From Planctomycetota bacterium (GTDB lineage: Bacteria > Planctomycetota > PLA2 > JAEUHO01): a DNA stretch of 64,000 bases. The translations under genes were made by a program, and so were the position numbers. The stretch is from the NCBI GenBank assembly GCA_965222115.1, contig CBDCTJ010000003.1:96001-160000 (forward strand), read 5' to 3'. The notes beneath the pieces are model-generated. The model saw only the letters and a program-made list of their open reading frames with translations, ran no database searches and was not told the DNA's origin. Every line of letters begins with the position of its first letter. Positions within the stretch are counted from its first letter, which is position 1. Of this stretch, positions 19,790 through 29,555 are shown in pieces.

Positions 19790-21030
19790 AATGCGTCGTG
19801 GTCACAGGACTCGGCACGGTGACACCGCTCGGGCGCGATCCCGAACGCGTGTTTACGCGATTGGTGGATGGCGAGATTGCTGTTGACGCGCCACGACGCC
19901 ACGCCCATCCCGCCGTTCCCACACGAGCCGTGGGTGAAGTGCCTGCGGCACTTGTAGATCAACTTGCGACCGAGTTTCCGGCGATGGCAGAGCTAAAGGA
20001 TCGGCGAACGCTCTTTGGTTACGCAGCGGGCATTGATGCACTGCGCCACGCGGGCATCGAATCGGGTGAACATGTTCACGCAGGTGTGTTCTTGGGATCG
20101 GGACCCGGCGTGCAGCGGCTTGAAGACGTCGGGCAAACCGCGACCGACGTATCAAAGACCCATGGCGGTTCGCTCTTGCGACACAACGTGGAGCGGCCAG
20201 CGCATGCAATCGCGTCGGCATGGGGCATTCGAGGACCCGTACACACCGTCACAACCGCTTGTTCAGCATCCAATCAAGCGCTTGGGTGTGCCTACCGAGC
20301 GGTGGCCAGCGGGGAACTTGAATGGGCCGTGGCTGGCGGCGCCGACTCCATGGTGCACCCATTGGGCCTCGTGTTCTTTGTCTTGCTCGGTGCCTCGGCG
20401 CAAGTCGATACGTCAAACCCTGCGGCAGCGGGTCGTCCCTTTGATCGCAAACGCACCGGACTGGTCATGGGCGAAGGTGCGGGCTGTGTCGTTTTGGAAC
20501 GAGAAGACCGCGCGCGCGCCCGCGGTGCAACCATCTACGCAGAAGTCACGGGCTACGGATCGTCCCTCGACGCACACCGCGCAACGGCACCGCCGCGAGA
20601 CGGACGCGGTGCCGCAGAAGCCATGTCGGGCGCATTGGGATCTCATATGGACCCAACGGACGTCGATTTTGTCAATGCCCACGGCACCGGGACCAAACGC
20701 AACGATCCCGCCGAAGTGCGGGCCATTCGTACGGTATTTGGCGACCACGCGCACAAGTTGGCCGTGGTGAGCAGCAAAGGCGCAATGGGGCATCTTCTCT
20801 CTGCGGCAGCGGGCGTTGCTTTCGTATGTTCGGTGCTCACCGTCCGACACGGTCGTGTGCCCCCCACGGCAAACTGCGATGATCCCGATAGTCTTTGTGA
20901 CTTGGACTTCGTTCGCGAAGGCCGCGCGATGCCTGTGCGCGCCGCGCTCAACAACTCATTTGCCTTTGGCGGTCAGAACGCCTGCGTGGCCCTGAAGCGC
21001 TACGAACCCTCGAAAGATCAACTCCGATGA
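19786..21030 (+). CDS. Beta-ketoacyl-ACP synthase (FabF-type KS 2)
   Basis: [32 protein letters not shown]. Confidence 0.92.
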   Translation: MKCVVVTGLGTVTPLGRDPERVFTRLVDGEIAVDAPRRHAHPAVPTRAVGEVPAALVDQLATEFPAMAELKDRRTLFGYAAGIDALRHAGIESGEHVHAGVFLGSGPGVQRLEDVGQTATDVSKTHGGSLLRHNVERPAHAIASAWGIRGPVHTVTTACSASNQALGCAYRAVASGELEWAVAGGADSMVHPLGLVFFVLLGASAQVDTSNPAAAGRPFDRKRTGLVMGEGAGCVVLEREDRARARGATIYAEVTGYGSSLDAHRATAPPRDGRGAAEAMSGALGSHMDPTDVDFVNAHGTGTKRNDPAEVRAIRTVFGDHAHKLAVVSSKGAMGHLLSAAAGVAFVCSVLTVRHGRVPPTANCDDPDSLCDLDFVREGRAMPVRAALNNSFAFGGQNACVALKRYEPSKDQLR

Positions 21031-21776
21031 ACGCGGATGCATCCCTTGACGGTCAAGTTGCCTTGGTCACCGGCGGCGCACGGGGCATTGGCGCTGCAAT
21101 TTCGCGACGGCTCGCCGCGGCGGGCGCAAACGTCGTCGTCAACTACGCGTCATCGGAAGCAGACGCTTCGGCCCTGTGCGACGAACTTGGTGAAGGTGTC
21201 AGTAAGATCAAAGCCGACGTCGCGTCACGTGAAGACGTGGAGGCCATGTTCGCCTCGGTGCTCGAAAAACATGGCCAGCTCGACATCGTTGTCAACAATG
21301 CGGGCATTGTGCGCGACGGGCTCGTTGCCACCATGCGTGACGCCGATTGGAAGCGCGTGCTCGACGTTGATCTCGACGGGGTGTTTTATTGTTCGCAAAT
21401 GGCAATTCGACACATGATTCGCGCTCGCGCGGGCTCAATTGTCAACATTGCGTCCATTAGCGCGATTCGCGGTGGTGCCGGACAGGCCAACTATGCTGCA
21501 GCGAAGGGAGCCGTTGTCTCGTTTACTCGCGCATGCGCTCTAGAAGTGGCCTCGCGCGGCATTCGACTCAATGCCGTATTGCCCGGTTTCATCGACACCG
21601 ATATGACCAAAACCATCAAACGACGGGCGGGCGACGAAGTCCTTGCACGCATTCCTGTCGGTCGATTTGGTACGCCGGAAGACGTGGGCGGCCTTGTTGC
21701 TTTCCTCTGTAGCGCGGAGGCGTCCTACATTACGGGCCAAGCCATTTGCGTAGACGGAGGGCTTTCGGTCGCATGA
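21027..21776 (+). CDS. fabG: 3-oxoacyl-ACP reductase
   Basis: [35 protein letters not shown]. Confidence 0.9.
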   Translation: MNADASLDGQVALVTGGARGIGAAISRRLAAAGANVVVNYASSEADASALCDELGEGVSKIKADVASREDVEAMFASVLEKHGQLDIVVNNAGIVRDGLVATMRDADWKRVLDVDLDGVFYCSQMAIRHMIRARAGSIVNIASISAIRGGAGQANYAAAKGAVVSFTRACALEVASRGIRLNAVLPGFIDTDMTKTIKRRAGDEVLARIPVGRFGTPEDVGGLVAFLCSAEASYITGQAICVDGGLSVA

Positions 21777-22171
21777 AGACGCTGTATCACGGCATCGATC
21801 TGGTAAGCGTACCGCGCCTACGGCGTTCGCTAGGTGCTCATCCTCAGTTTGCAGAGCGAGTATTTACGGGTCGAGAGCGCGACTATTGCAACTCGCGCCA
21901 ACAACCCGAGCAATCGTTCGCCGCCCGGTTTGCGGCCAAGGAAGCCACGCTAAAAATGCTTGGCTTGGGGCTATCGGCAATTGGCATTCACCGCGACCTG
22001 AAGTCCATTGAAGTTGTCCGCGAGGGTGGTGCACCGCGCATTGTGCTCTCCGATCGCGTTGCCAAACGTGCCAGGCAGCTAGGCCTCTACGAAACATCAC
22101 TTTCATTGAGTCACGATGGCGACCACGCAATGGCGTCGATCGTCGGCTTTGCGCGCGAGGGCGGCGCATGA
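21773..22171 (+). CDS. acpS: Holo-ACP synthase
   Basis: [20 protein letters not shown]. Confidence 0.9.
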   Translation: MKTLYHGIDLVSVPRLRRSLGAHPQFAERVFTGRERDYCNSRQQPEQSFAARFAAKEATLKMLGLGLSAIGIHRDLKSIEVVREGGAPRIVLSDRVAKRARQLGLYETSLSLSHDGDHAMASIVGFAREGGA

Positions 22172-22620
22172 GGTTTCGCTTGGTAGACCGCATTGATGGC
22201 GTGGAAGCGCAGCGCATCGTTGGCGCCAAACTTATTGCGCAGAGCGAGGACATCCTGGAATGGCACTTTCCGGAGAAGGCGATCTTCCCTGGGACCATGA
22301 TTTTGGAAGCGTGTGTCCAGTTGGCGGGGTGGTGGCACGCGCACCATACGAGCTTCTCTGAGTGGCTGCTCTTACGCCACGTGGAGAGTGCGCGCTACAA
22401 CGAAATGTGTACGCCGGGCGATCAACTCGATCTTGCGTTGGACATCGCGTCGGAGGCGCCCAACGAGTACGGCATTGGTTTCGTGGCTCGCGTCTCATGT
22501 GGCGAGTCACAGCGCGCCGAACTACGGTTCCGGGCGACCCCCGTCCCCATGGATGACCTTAGCGAGGCCGATAAGCGCAAGCGTGAGTACGAAGAGTTGA
22601 GAGGCAATACCCCGGAATGA
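22168..22620 (+). CDS. FabZ-like hotdog dehydratase 2
   Basis: [33 protein letters not shown]. Confidence 0.85.
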   Translation: MRFRLVDRIDGVEAQRIVGAKLIAQSEDILEWHFPEKAIFPGTMILEACVQLAGWWHAHHTSFSEWLLLRHVESARYNEMCTPGDQLDLALDIASEAPNEYGIGFVARVSCGESQRAELRFRATPVPMDDLSEADKRKREYEELRGNTPE

Positions 22621-23696
22621 ACGAGCACGACGTAATCATTTCCGGGATTGGCGTCATATCGGGGCTCGCGCGCAATGCACCGGCCCATATTGATGCATTG
22701 GCTCTCGGAACCTCGGCACTGCAAGCGGACCCCATGGGCAGCGAAGGGACACAGTGGGCGCCCATGGAAGCGCCGGTACTTCGCAACTCAGTCCCCGATG
22801 CCTTAGAGACCCAGGTTCGTTTCCTCAATCGGGCTGGCGAGGCCGCCGTGGAAGCTGCGCGGGAAGCCATGCTCCATGCCCAACTGGCGACGGAAGCGAG
22901 CGTCGCCGACACAGAAGATCCGCACCCCCGTCGCGGGCTGTTCTTAGCTCAAGTCGATGGTTCCAACTGGGACTGCAACGAGTTTTGGCCGTCGGTGTTG
23001 CAGGCGCCGCGCTATGCCGACGGCGAACCCACACAGGAATCCTACAACCGCGCAGCCGCGCGCCACGTCAAGCCCTACTTCATTCTCGAAGACCTTAAGA
23101 ACAATGCGTTCAGTTTCATTGCCACGTGGTTTGGTCTGGGTGGCGCCAATTCAAGCGCAACGGGCTACGCCGGGCCTGCCCTGACCCTTGTCAATATGGC
23201 CGCGCGTTCGATTCGCCTGGGCGAGCTGGACGTCGCACTTGTGGTCGCAGCCGCCAATCCGCTGGATGCCATCGCACGTGCGGAAGCACGTATGCGACTT
23301 GATCTCCCCTTGTGGTCACCCGGAGAGGGCGGGGCGGCCCTTGTACTTGAGTCCAAGGCTTCGGCTATTGCTCGCGACGTCAACGCGCTCGCCGTCCTTG
23401 ACAAATACCGTGTGCATAGCCTCGGCGACGAATCCTGGGCCGCGATGCTCGATGGCGTGTCGTGCGACGCCTACCTGTCGGCCCGTGTCTCAACACTACC
23501 CAACGCAATTCGCCCCATCGTGAGCTGGGATGCGGCATGGGGCGACATGGCCATGACGAGTGATCTTGCCACGCTGGCACTGGGCGCACAGTCGTTGGCG
23601 TCGAGTTCTGCCTCGGACTCGATCGGCTTGCTTACGCAGGGACTGCGGGGCGAATGTCACGTGCAGACGATTCGGCGGCTGTCCCCCAACGCGTGA
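22617..23696 (+). CDS. KS-like/chain-length-factor subunit 2
   Basis: IISGIGVISG, PYFILEDLKNN, PGEGGAALVLE; no catalytic Cys. Confidence 0.75.
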   Translation: MNEHDVIISGIGVISGLARNAPAHIDALALGTSALQADPMGSEGTQWAPMEAPVLRNSVPDALETQVRFLNRAGEAAVEAAREAMLHAQLATEASVADTEDPHPRRGLFLAQVDGSNWDCNEFWPSVLQAPRYADGEPTQESYNRAAARHVKPYFILEDLKNNAFSFIATWFGLGGANSSATGYAGPALTLVNMAARSIRLGELDVALVVAAANPLDAIARAEARMRLDLPLWSPGEGGAALVLESKASAIARDVNALAVLDKYRVHSLGDESWAAMLDGVSCDAYLSARVSTLPNAIRPIVSWDAAWGDMAMTSDLATLALGAQSLASSSASDSIGLLTQGLRGECHVQTIRRLSPNA

Positions 23697-23768
23697 TCCC
23701 CTCTGTGACTCATGCGGTATACTTCGGCTGCCTTCGGCGTGGTTTCGCTGAATGTTGGAGATTGATTC

Positions 23769-24755
23769 ATGACGCGCATGACGCTCGTGTTGTCAGGGAC
23801 TGCCTTGGTCTTTCTACTGACCCTTGGTGCCACCTCGGTTCACGCCAAAGCGGTCGTCGGCGATCGCGCATTCGATTTCGTCGGCAAAGAGTTCGTCAAT
23901 TCCGAGCCGTTTACGTTGGCCGACGTACGGGGCAAGTTGCTGCTCTACGAGTTCATTGGAACCGGCTGAAAGCCCTGCCATCACCAGGTCGTGCACCTGA
24001 ATGAACTTCAAGAAAAATACGGTCCCAAGGGACTTGTGGTCCTGAGCGTATCCAAAGAGCCGCGTTCCAACATCGACGAGTTCGTTGAAAAGACCGACTG
24101 CAAGACGCCCATCATGATCGAGGAGACCAACTCGGCCGATGCGTACGGCGTCACCAGTCTCCCAAGTATGTATGTGATTGGGCCCCGAGGTCGTGTGCTC
24201 TGGAATGGCAACCCCGGTAATCTTCGAGACAGTGAAATTGAAGGTTGGCTGGAAGGCATCCGTCCTACGCCTACATTTCCCAAGGCCATGTCCTCGGTAA
24301 AGAAGGCCTTCGCCAAGTTCAAGTATGCCGACGCGCGCAAGAAGGCACAAGCACTTGTGGACAAGGGCGGTGATGAAGACGTGGTGAGCGCCGCCAAAGC
24401 AACCGTCGAGTGGATCGATTGGTGGGGCACGGGCGGTCTCGAAGACGCGGCCAAAGACGCGGAGGGCGGCAACCCGTTCGCCGCGTGGGTGCAGTACGAC
24501 GAGATTGCGACGTCGTTCAAGGGTCTTGAAGCGGGAGACAAGGCCAAGGCCGCCATCAAGGAACTGTTGGCCGACAAAGACGCAAAGAACGAAATCAAGG
24601 CCGGCAAGAAGTGGCTCAAACTCGAAGCCAAAGTGCGCGACCTGTCCAAGAAGAAGGCGCTGCGACTCTTGGAACCCTTCGTAAAGAAATATGGAGAGTT
24701 ACGTGCGGCCGCACGTGCCAAGGCGCTGCTTACGAAACTGAAAAGGTCCAAGTAA
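23769..24755 (+). CDS. Candidate selenoprotein: exported TlpA/AhpC-TSA redoxin with UxxC motif and helical C-terminus (328 aa, Sec67)
   Basis: ORFs 23769..23969 and 23991..24755 are in frame across TGA 23967-23969: GKLLLYEFIGTG-U-KPCHHQVVHLNELQEKYG; hairpin after the TGA; signal peptide. Confidence 0.88.
23970..24003 (+). promoter_or_regulatory. Putative bacterial SECIS element
   Basis: CAGGT-CGTGC-ACCTG stem-loop 16-30 nt after the TGA, with G in the loop. Confidence 0.6.
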
Positions 24756-24767
24756 CGGTTACGCGCT

Positions 24768-25130
24768 TTGACCTCGCTAACCAACCTTCGACCTACGGGC
24801 ATTCGCCTACGTTGGCTCATCGGGTTCGCCGCATTTGCAGCGGCCGTGGCGTGGCTCGCACTTGTCCATGCGAGATCCTGGCCGGTTGCCGCGCGACTCG
24901 CGGTCGTGTTGCCGCTCTTCGTCGGCTTGCTGGGAATGGATCAAGCACGTACCGGGACCTGAGTGCGTCTTGCACAGCAGGGCGTCCGTGAAGGCGACCC
25001 GGGGCTTGTACCCGTCGCAAACGCCGATGAGGCGAAAACGCTCAAACGGCGCGGCCACGCGATTCTCATACGGAGCGCTCTCCTTGCGCTCATGTTCGCT
25101 GTTGTACTTACGTTCGTCCTCCCAGGCTAG
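24768..25130 (+). CDS. Candidate selenoprotein: small 3-TM membrane protein (120 aa, Sec65)
   Basis: Reads through TGA 24960-24962: LLGMDQARTGT-U-VRLAQQGVREGDPG...ALLALMFAVVLTFVLPG to TAG 25128-25130; hairpin after the TGA. Confidence 0.72.
24963..24996 (+). promoter_or_regulatory. Putative bacterial SECIS element
   Basis: CGTCTT-G-CAC ... GTG-AAGGCG stem closing a G-rich loop (CAGGGC). Confidence 0.5.
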
Positions 25131-25370
25131 CCCGGATGTTGCACGAACAAGGTGAATCGCGCGGTTCTCGCTGGTCTTCGTCCCCAATCTCATTGCGGAG
25201 AACCGCTCAGCGATGCTTTTGGCATCGCCTCGGAACCACCGCTTCGATCTTGGACCCGAATCCTCACCGAGAACACCTTGTCATTCTTCGTTCGCATGGA
25301 GTTCGATCACAAGTCCCCAATCCACAACTCCTTGCGTTGCCCCGGACGCGCGCTTCGTGCAACATCCGGG
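25131..25370. mobile_element. MITE (non-autonomous IS derivative), 240 bp
   Basis: Perfect 17-bp TIR CCCGGATGTTGCACGAA (25131-25147 / 25354-25370) flanked by CTAG on both sides (25127-30, 25371-74); no transposase. Confidence 0.85.
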
Positions 25371-25420
25371 CTAGCGCATGCTTGAACCGGAGGGTTGCGC
25401 GGCGTGTAAGATCGCTCTCG

Positions 25421-26743
25421 ATGCGCCCCTTCATCATTCTCAGGCCTACGTTCCGTCGATTCGCTTGGATATGCGCATGCGTCGCGGCAGCCACGCTCAC
25501 GCCTCGAGGGGTCCTCGCCCATCCCCATACCACGCCCGCACCCGTCAATGTCTACGTGGAAATCACAAAGGACATCATCCACTCCACCGTGACGGTGGAT
25601 GAGCCGCTGTTTCGCGCCTGGGTGGGTCGAGAGGGTTCGGGGGAGGAGCCCAACAAGGAGGATGCGCAGTCGTTCGTGCAAAAGCACGCACCGGTGAAAG
25701 TAGGCGACGTTGAAGTGACCCCGCGTGTGGAACAAGTTCAGATGCTTCCCGCGTTTCGCCCCATTGATCCGACGCAACCTGAAGTGCCGGAACGCTACAT
25801 GGTGCATGTGCGCTATCCACTGTCCGTTGCAGAGATGCCGCCTGAGATTCACTTTTCGTGGGACCGATTTGATGGCGTGGATTGGGAAGGATCCGTACAA
25901 GTTCCAATCACGCTGAAGAGCCCCGGCAACTTCGCGGACAATCTGTTTTCGCCGATCGATCCGCACTACACCTGGCGCGCCAGTGAACACAAGCCGCGTC
26001 CGGTTCGCGACGTCGCGCATGTCGAAGCCAAGCCCCCCGAGCGCTGGACCATTCCGATGGCGCCCATCTTCGTCATCCTGGCACTGCTCGCCGTGCGGTG
26101 GCTCCCGATACTTCGACGTGCGGGGACACCGCTACGCGCATCCGTTGTTGCCAGTTCGATGGCCGCCGCTGCGTTGCTGTGGGCACCGCTGACCCTGTCG
26201 ATCGTCGCGCCGGGAAGCGCTGGCTCGGTCCTACCAACGGCCGAAGAAGCCAAGGTGATCTTCGAGCAACTCCTCGACAATGTATACGCGGCGTTTGATG
26301 CCGACGACGAAGACGCCATTTACGATCGCCTCGCCCTGAGTATTGATGGCGCGCTCATCAACGACGTGTATGCGGAGGTCTACGAGAGCCGAATCATGCG
26401 CAACAACAGCGGCGTGATCGTGGTCATCGATTCTGTGGATCACGACGACCGCCACATCGATATTCCCGAAGCGGTGTGGAAACGCCATTTCGATGTCATT
26501 TGGTCGTGGCGCGTTCACGGTTCAATTACACATCTGGGCCACACACACAAGCGAACCAACTTCTACCGCGCAGAGTTCACCGTGCGACACACGGGCGACG
26601 CGTGGAAGATCGCTTCGCAGAAGATTTTTTCGCATAAGCGGGAGGACACGGACGTGTATCCCGAAGGCCAGGCTCCCAAGGATCTCAAACCAAGCGACGC
26701 CCCCACCGTAAAGACGCCGATCATGGGTGGATCACCCAAATAG
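25421..26743 (+). CDS. Exported/membrane hypothetical protein at head of putative metal-uptake operon
   Basis: Signal peptide ending VLA-HPH; two TM segments; C-terminal HLGHTHKRTN. Confidence 0.7.
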   Translation: MRPFIILRPTFRRFAWICACVAAATLTPRGVLAHPHTTPAPVNVYVEITKDIIHSTVTVDEPLFRAWVGREGSGEEPNKEDAQSFVQKHAPVKVGDVEVTPRVEQVQMLPAFRPIDPTQPEVPERYMVHVRYPLSVAEMPPEIHFSWDRFDGVDWEGSVQVPITLKSPGNFADNLFSPIDPHYTWRASEHKPRPVRDVAHVEAKPPERWTIPMAPIFVILALLAVRWLPILRRAGTPLRASVVASSMAAAALLWAPLTLSIVAPGSAGSVLPTAEEAKVIFEQLLDNVYAAFDADDEDAIYDRLALSIDGALINDVYAEVYESRIMRNNSGVIVVIDSVDHDDRHIDIPEAVWKRHFDVIWSWRVHGSITHLGHTHKRTNFYRAEFTVRHTGDAWKIASQKIFSHKREDTDVYPEGQAPKDLKPSDAPTVKTPIMGGSPK

Positions 26744-27493
26744 ATGGTTACGGAGTCGCACACCACGGAGCTGACACCGCGAGATCGCGTCTCGTCGCAT
26801 ATCTCTGTATCCAATCTTGTGTGGACCTACCCCAAGGATCGACTTGATTTTGAACTGCGTGTTCCAGTGCTTGACGTGTTGCCGGGAACGAGCACAGCCT
26901 GCACGGGACCCAGCGGATCCGGGAAGAGCACGCTGTTGCAGATTGTTGCTGGCATCCTTTGGCCTGCTCAGGGTCGTGTCGTGGTGGGGCCGCTGGATCT
27001 CTCCGCAGACGCCTCGCCTGCGCCCAGCGACGCCACGCGACGCGCGTTTCGCATTCAACATATTGGCATGGTCTTTCAAGAGTTCGCGCTGCTCGATCAC
27101 CTGACCGTGGAAGAGAACATCCTCCTACCCTACGCCATTCACCGTGTGCACAAGAAAACACCCGATGCCCTGAAGCGCGCCCGCGCACTTGCCGATCAAG
27201 TTGGCATCGCGAATCACCTTCACCGCTACCCAGCGTGGCTCTCGCAGGGTGAGCGCCAACGCGTCGCGGTGTGTCGTGCGGTAGTTACGCACCCGCAAGT
27301 CCTGCTGGCCGATGAACCCACGGGCAATTTGGATCCCGATACGTCGGACGTCATTGTAGAAGTCTTGCTAAACGAAGTACGCACGCGCGGTGCCTCGCTC
27401 ATCATGGCCACGCACGACGTCAGTCGCATTGCGAGTTTCGATAGTCACTTGGCGCTGGACAAAACGTCAAGGGGCGCGGAGAAGGCGACATGA
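26744..27493 (+). CDS. ABC transporter ATP-binding protein (LolD/MacB-type)
   Basis: GPSGSGKST, LSQGERQRVA, ADEPTGNLD. Confidence 0.9.
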   Translation: MVTESHTTELTPRDRVSSHISVSNLVWTYPKDRLDFELRVPVLDVLPGTSTACTGPSGSGKSTLLQIVAGILWPAQGRVVVGPLDLSADASPAPSDATRRAFRIQHIGMVFQEFALLDHLTVEENILLPYAIHRVHKKTPDALKRARALADQVGIANHLHRYPAWLSQGERQRVAVCRAVVTHPQVLLADEPTGNLDPDTSDVIVEVLLNEVRTRGASLIMATHDVSRIASFDSHLALDKTSRGAEKAT

Positions 27494-28659
27494 AGGACCT
27501 CATCGGTCTTGCGTGGCGCTACATTCGCCACTATCCGCTGCGTAGTAGCCTATTGGTGCTGTGTATTGCGTTGGTGATCGTGTTGCCGCTTGCCGTGCAC
27601 CTGCTCATGGGACGCTACGAACAATCGATTCGCGGTCGTGCCGAGGCAACCCCGCTCGTTGCGGGCGCCGTGGGGAGCCGTTACGACCTCGTACTCAACT
27701 CGCTCTACTTTGCCGGACGGGTACCGCGCGCAATGTCCATGGCAGATGTGAAGGCGCTGGATACTCGCAAACCGGGAACCGTGGTGCCACTTCTCATTCG
27801 TCACCGTGCGAGTGACCATGCCATCGTGGGCACCACGCTTGACTACATGCGCGCGCGCGGCGTCACGGTTGCGAATGGTCGCGGATTGCGGGTACTGGGC
27901 GACTGTGTACTGGGTAGTGAGGTCGCACGTTCACTATCGCTTGGACCGGGCGATCACATTTTGTCGGATCGGAATCACTTGTACCGATTTGGTATGGAGT
28001 ATCCACTGCGAATGCGCGTCGTGGGTGTGCTCAGCCCCACGCACGGACCGGATGACCACGCAGTCTTTACCGACATCAAAACGACGTGGGTCATGGAGGG
28101 CATCGGGCACGGACACGAGGCCGGCGAAGATCAACCCACGGACCGCGCCTCCAAGGACGCGAATGGCCAGTGGGTGTTCAATGCCGAAGCGGTGGAGTAC
28201 ACCGAGATCGACCCCAACAATGTGGACCGCTTTCACTTCCATGGCGATCCAAGCACGTTTCCGGTCACGGCCGTGTTGTTGTGGCCACGCAACGATCGCG
28301 AGGCGACGATCGTGCAGGGCAAGTTTCGGTCGCATCAACGAATACAGTTGCTCGCACCGTCGGGCGTGATGGCGGAGATCTTGGGCCTGGTGTCCTCGCT
28401 CAAGACGTTCTTGGATGCGAATCTCCTGCTCGTGCTGCTCGCGTGTGCGCTATTTCTCGCACTGATCGTCTTGCTCACGCTTCGCGTGCGGGCGCGAGAG
28501 ATGGATACGTTGTATAAGCTCGGGTGCGCAAAGAACACGCAGGCCAAGCTCATTAGCCTTGAGTTGTTGATCCTGATTGGGGCGGGAATAGCAGTAGGAT
28601 TGCTTCTTGCCTTGGGAGCTAGTGCATGGATAGCCGGACAACTACCCCTAAGTCTCTAG
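27490..28659 (+). CDS. ABC transporter permease (FtsX/MacB-type) with His motifs
   Basis: LAWRYIRH; GIGHGH; FHFHGD; C-terminal TMs. Confidence 0.8.
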   Translation: MKDLIGLAWRYIRHYPLRSSLLVLCIALVIVLPLAVHLLMGRYEQSIRGRAEATPLVAGAVGSRYDLVLNSLYFAGRVPRAMSMADVKALDTRKPGTVVPLLIRHRASDHAIVGTTLDYMRARGVTVANGRGLRVLGDCVLGSEVARSLSLGPGDHILSDRNHLYRFGMEYPLRMRVVGVLSPTHGPDDHAVFTDIKTTWVMEGIGHGHEAGEDQPTDRASKDANGQWVFNAEAVEYTEIDPNNVDRFHFHGDPSTFPVTAVLLWPRNDREATIVQGKFRSHQRIQLLAPSGVMAEILGLVSSLKTFLDANLLLVLLACALFLALIVLLTLRVRAREMDTLYKLGCAKNTQAKLISLELLILIGAGIAVGLLLALGASAWIAGQLPLSL

Positions 28660-29555
28660 TCGATGCATTCGGCGCTTGGATCGCCGCCTTCGCTTCGTTC
28701 TTGTTGGCCATAACGATGACCGGGTGCAGTGATCGACCTGACGACCCCACGCCTCGCGCCATGTCGATCGACGGACCCGTGCACGTCGTAGCCAACCTGC
28801 CTCCTTACGCGAGCCTTGTTTCAATGATCGGCGGAGACAGTGTTCGCGTTCATACGCTTCGTGCAGCGGGAGACACGACGCACGGAACCTGGAAGCCAAC
28901 CGACGACGACTACAAAGCACTGGACGCAGCCCACCTCATTGTGGTGCTTGGACCGGCCTTTGATGGTTGGCTTTCGTTTACGTCACTTCCCGAATCCAGC
29001 GTTTTGCACTTGGCCGAGTCAATCAAGGGCGACGAGGTCCTAATTGAGGACGAAGCGCCGCATCGCCACGGCATGGGTGCCGCGCATTCACACTACGTAT
29101 TGGATCCCCATATCTGGTTTGATCCCCTGTTGTTTATGAAACATGCAGCTGCTATTACGGACGCGCTCGCCGATCGGCTACCGAAACATGCTGCATTGTT
29201 TCGCGGGCGGCTCGAACAGATCCGCGGAAGACTTCAGGCGGTCCACGAAACACTTAAGACCGTTGTGTGGCCAAAGAACACGGCAGTCTACAGCTTATCG
29301 CCGGCGTACCGTTACTTGGCAAAGCGGTATGGATGGACATGGAACCTTCTGGCAACGGATCGGGAGCAGCGTAGCAAGCAACTACAAGCCACAACACCTG
29401 CCGTTGTCGTCGTAGACCCTTCCGCAGAACGTATTGCTGCCGATGGCAAGTCGCTTCTCATGCGATCGATGCCGAGTCCCACGACGAACACCGACATTGT
29501 GACGTTTCTGGAGCACGCGGCAGACCAATGGGTCGAGGCGTCCAAGCGGTCATGA
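28626..29555 (+). CDS. ZnuA/TroA-like metal-binding lipoprotein
   Basis: MTGC lipobox; His-rich loop HRHGMGAAHSH; DPHIWFDP. Confidence 0.85.
   Translation: MDSRTTTPKSLVDAFGAWIAAFASFLLAITMTGCSDRPDDPTPRAMSIDGPVHVVANLPPYASLVSMIGGDSVRVHTLRAAGDTTHGTWKPTDDDYKALDAAHLIVVLGPAFDGWLSFTSLPESSVLHLAESIKGDEVLIEDEAPHRHGMGAAHSHYVLDPHIWFDPLLFMKHAAAITDALADRLPKHAALFRGRLEQIRGRLQAVHETLKTVVWPKNTAVYSLSPAYRYLAKRYGWTWNLLATDREQRSKQLQATTPAVVVVDPSAERIAADGKSLLMRSMPSPTTNTDIVTFLEHAADQWVEASKRS

Noticed and set aside
15445-23696. Calling the cluster anammox ladderane or aryl polyene biosynthesis
   Set aside because: No radical SAM, desaturase, acyl-ligase, glycosyltransferase or transporter genes; the product cannot be assigned from sequence alone
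25136-25420. N-terminal extension of ORF 25136..26743
   Set aside because: It runs through the MITE; the signal peptide begins at ATG 25421
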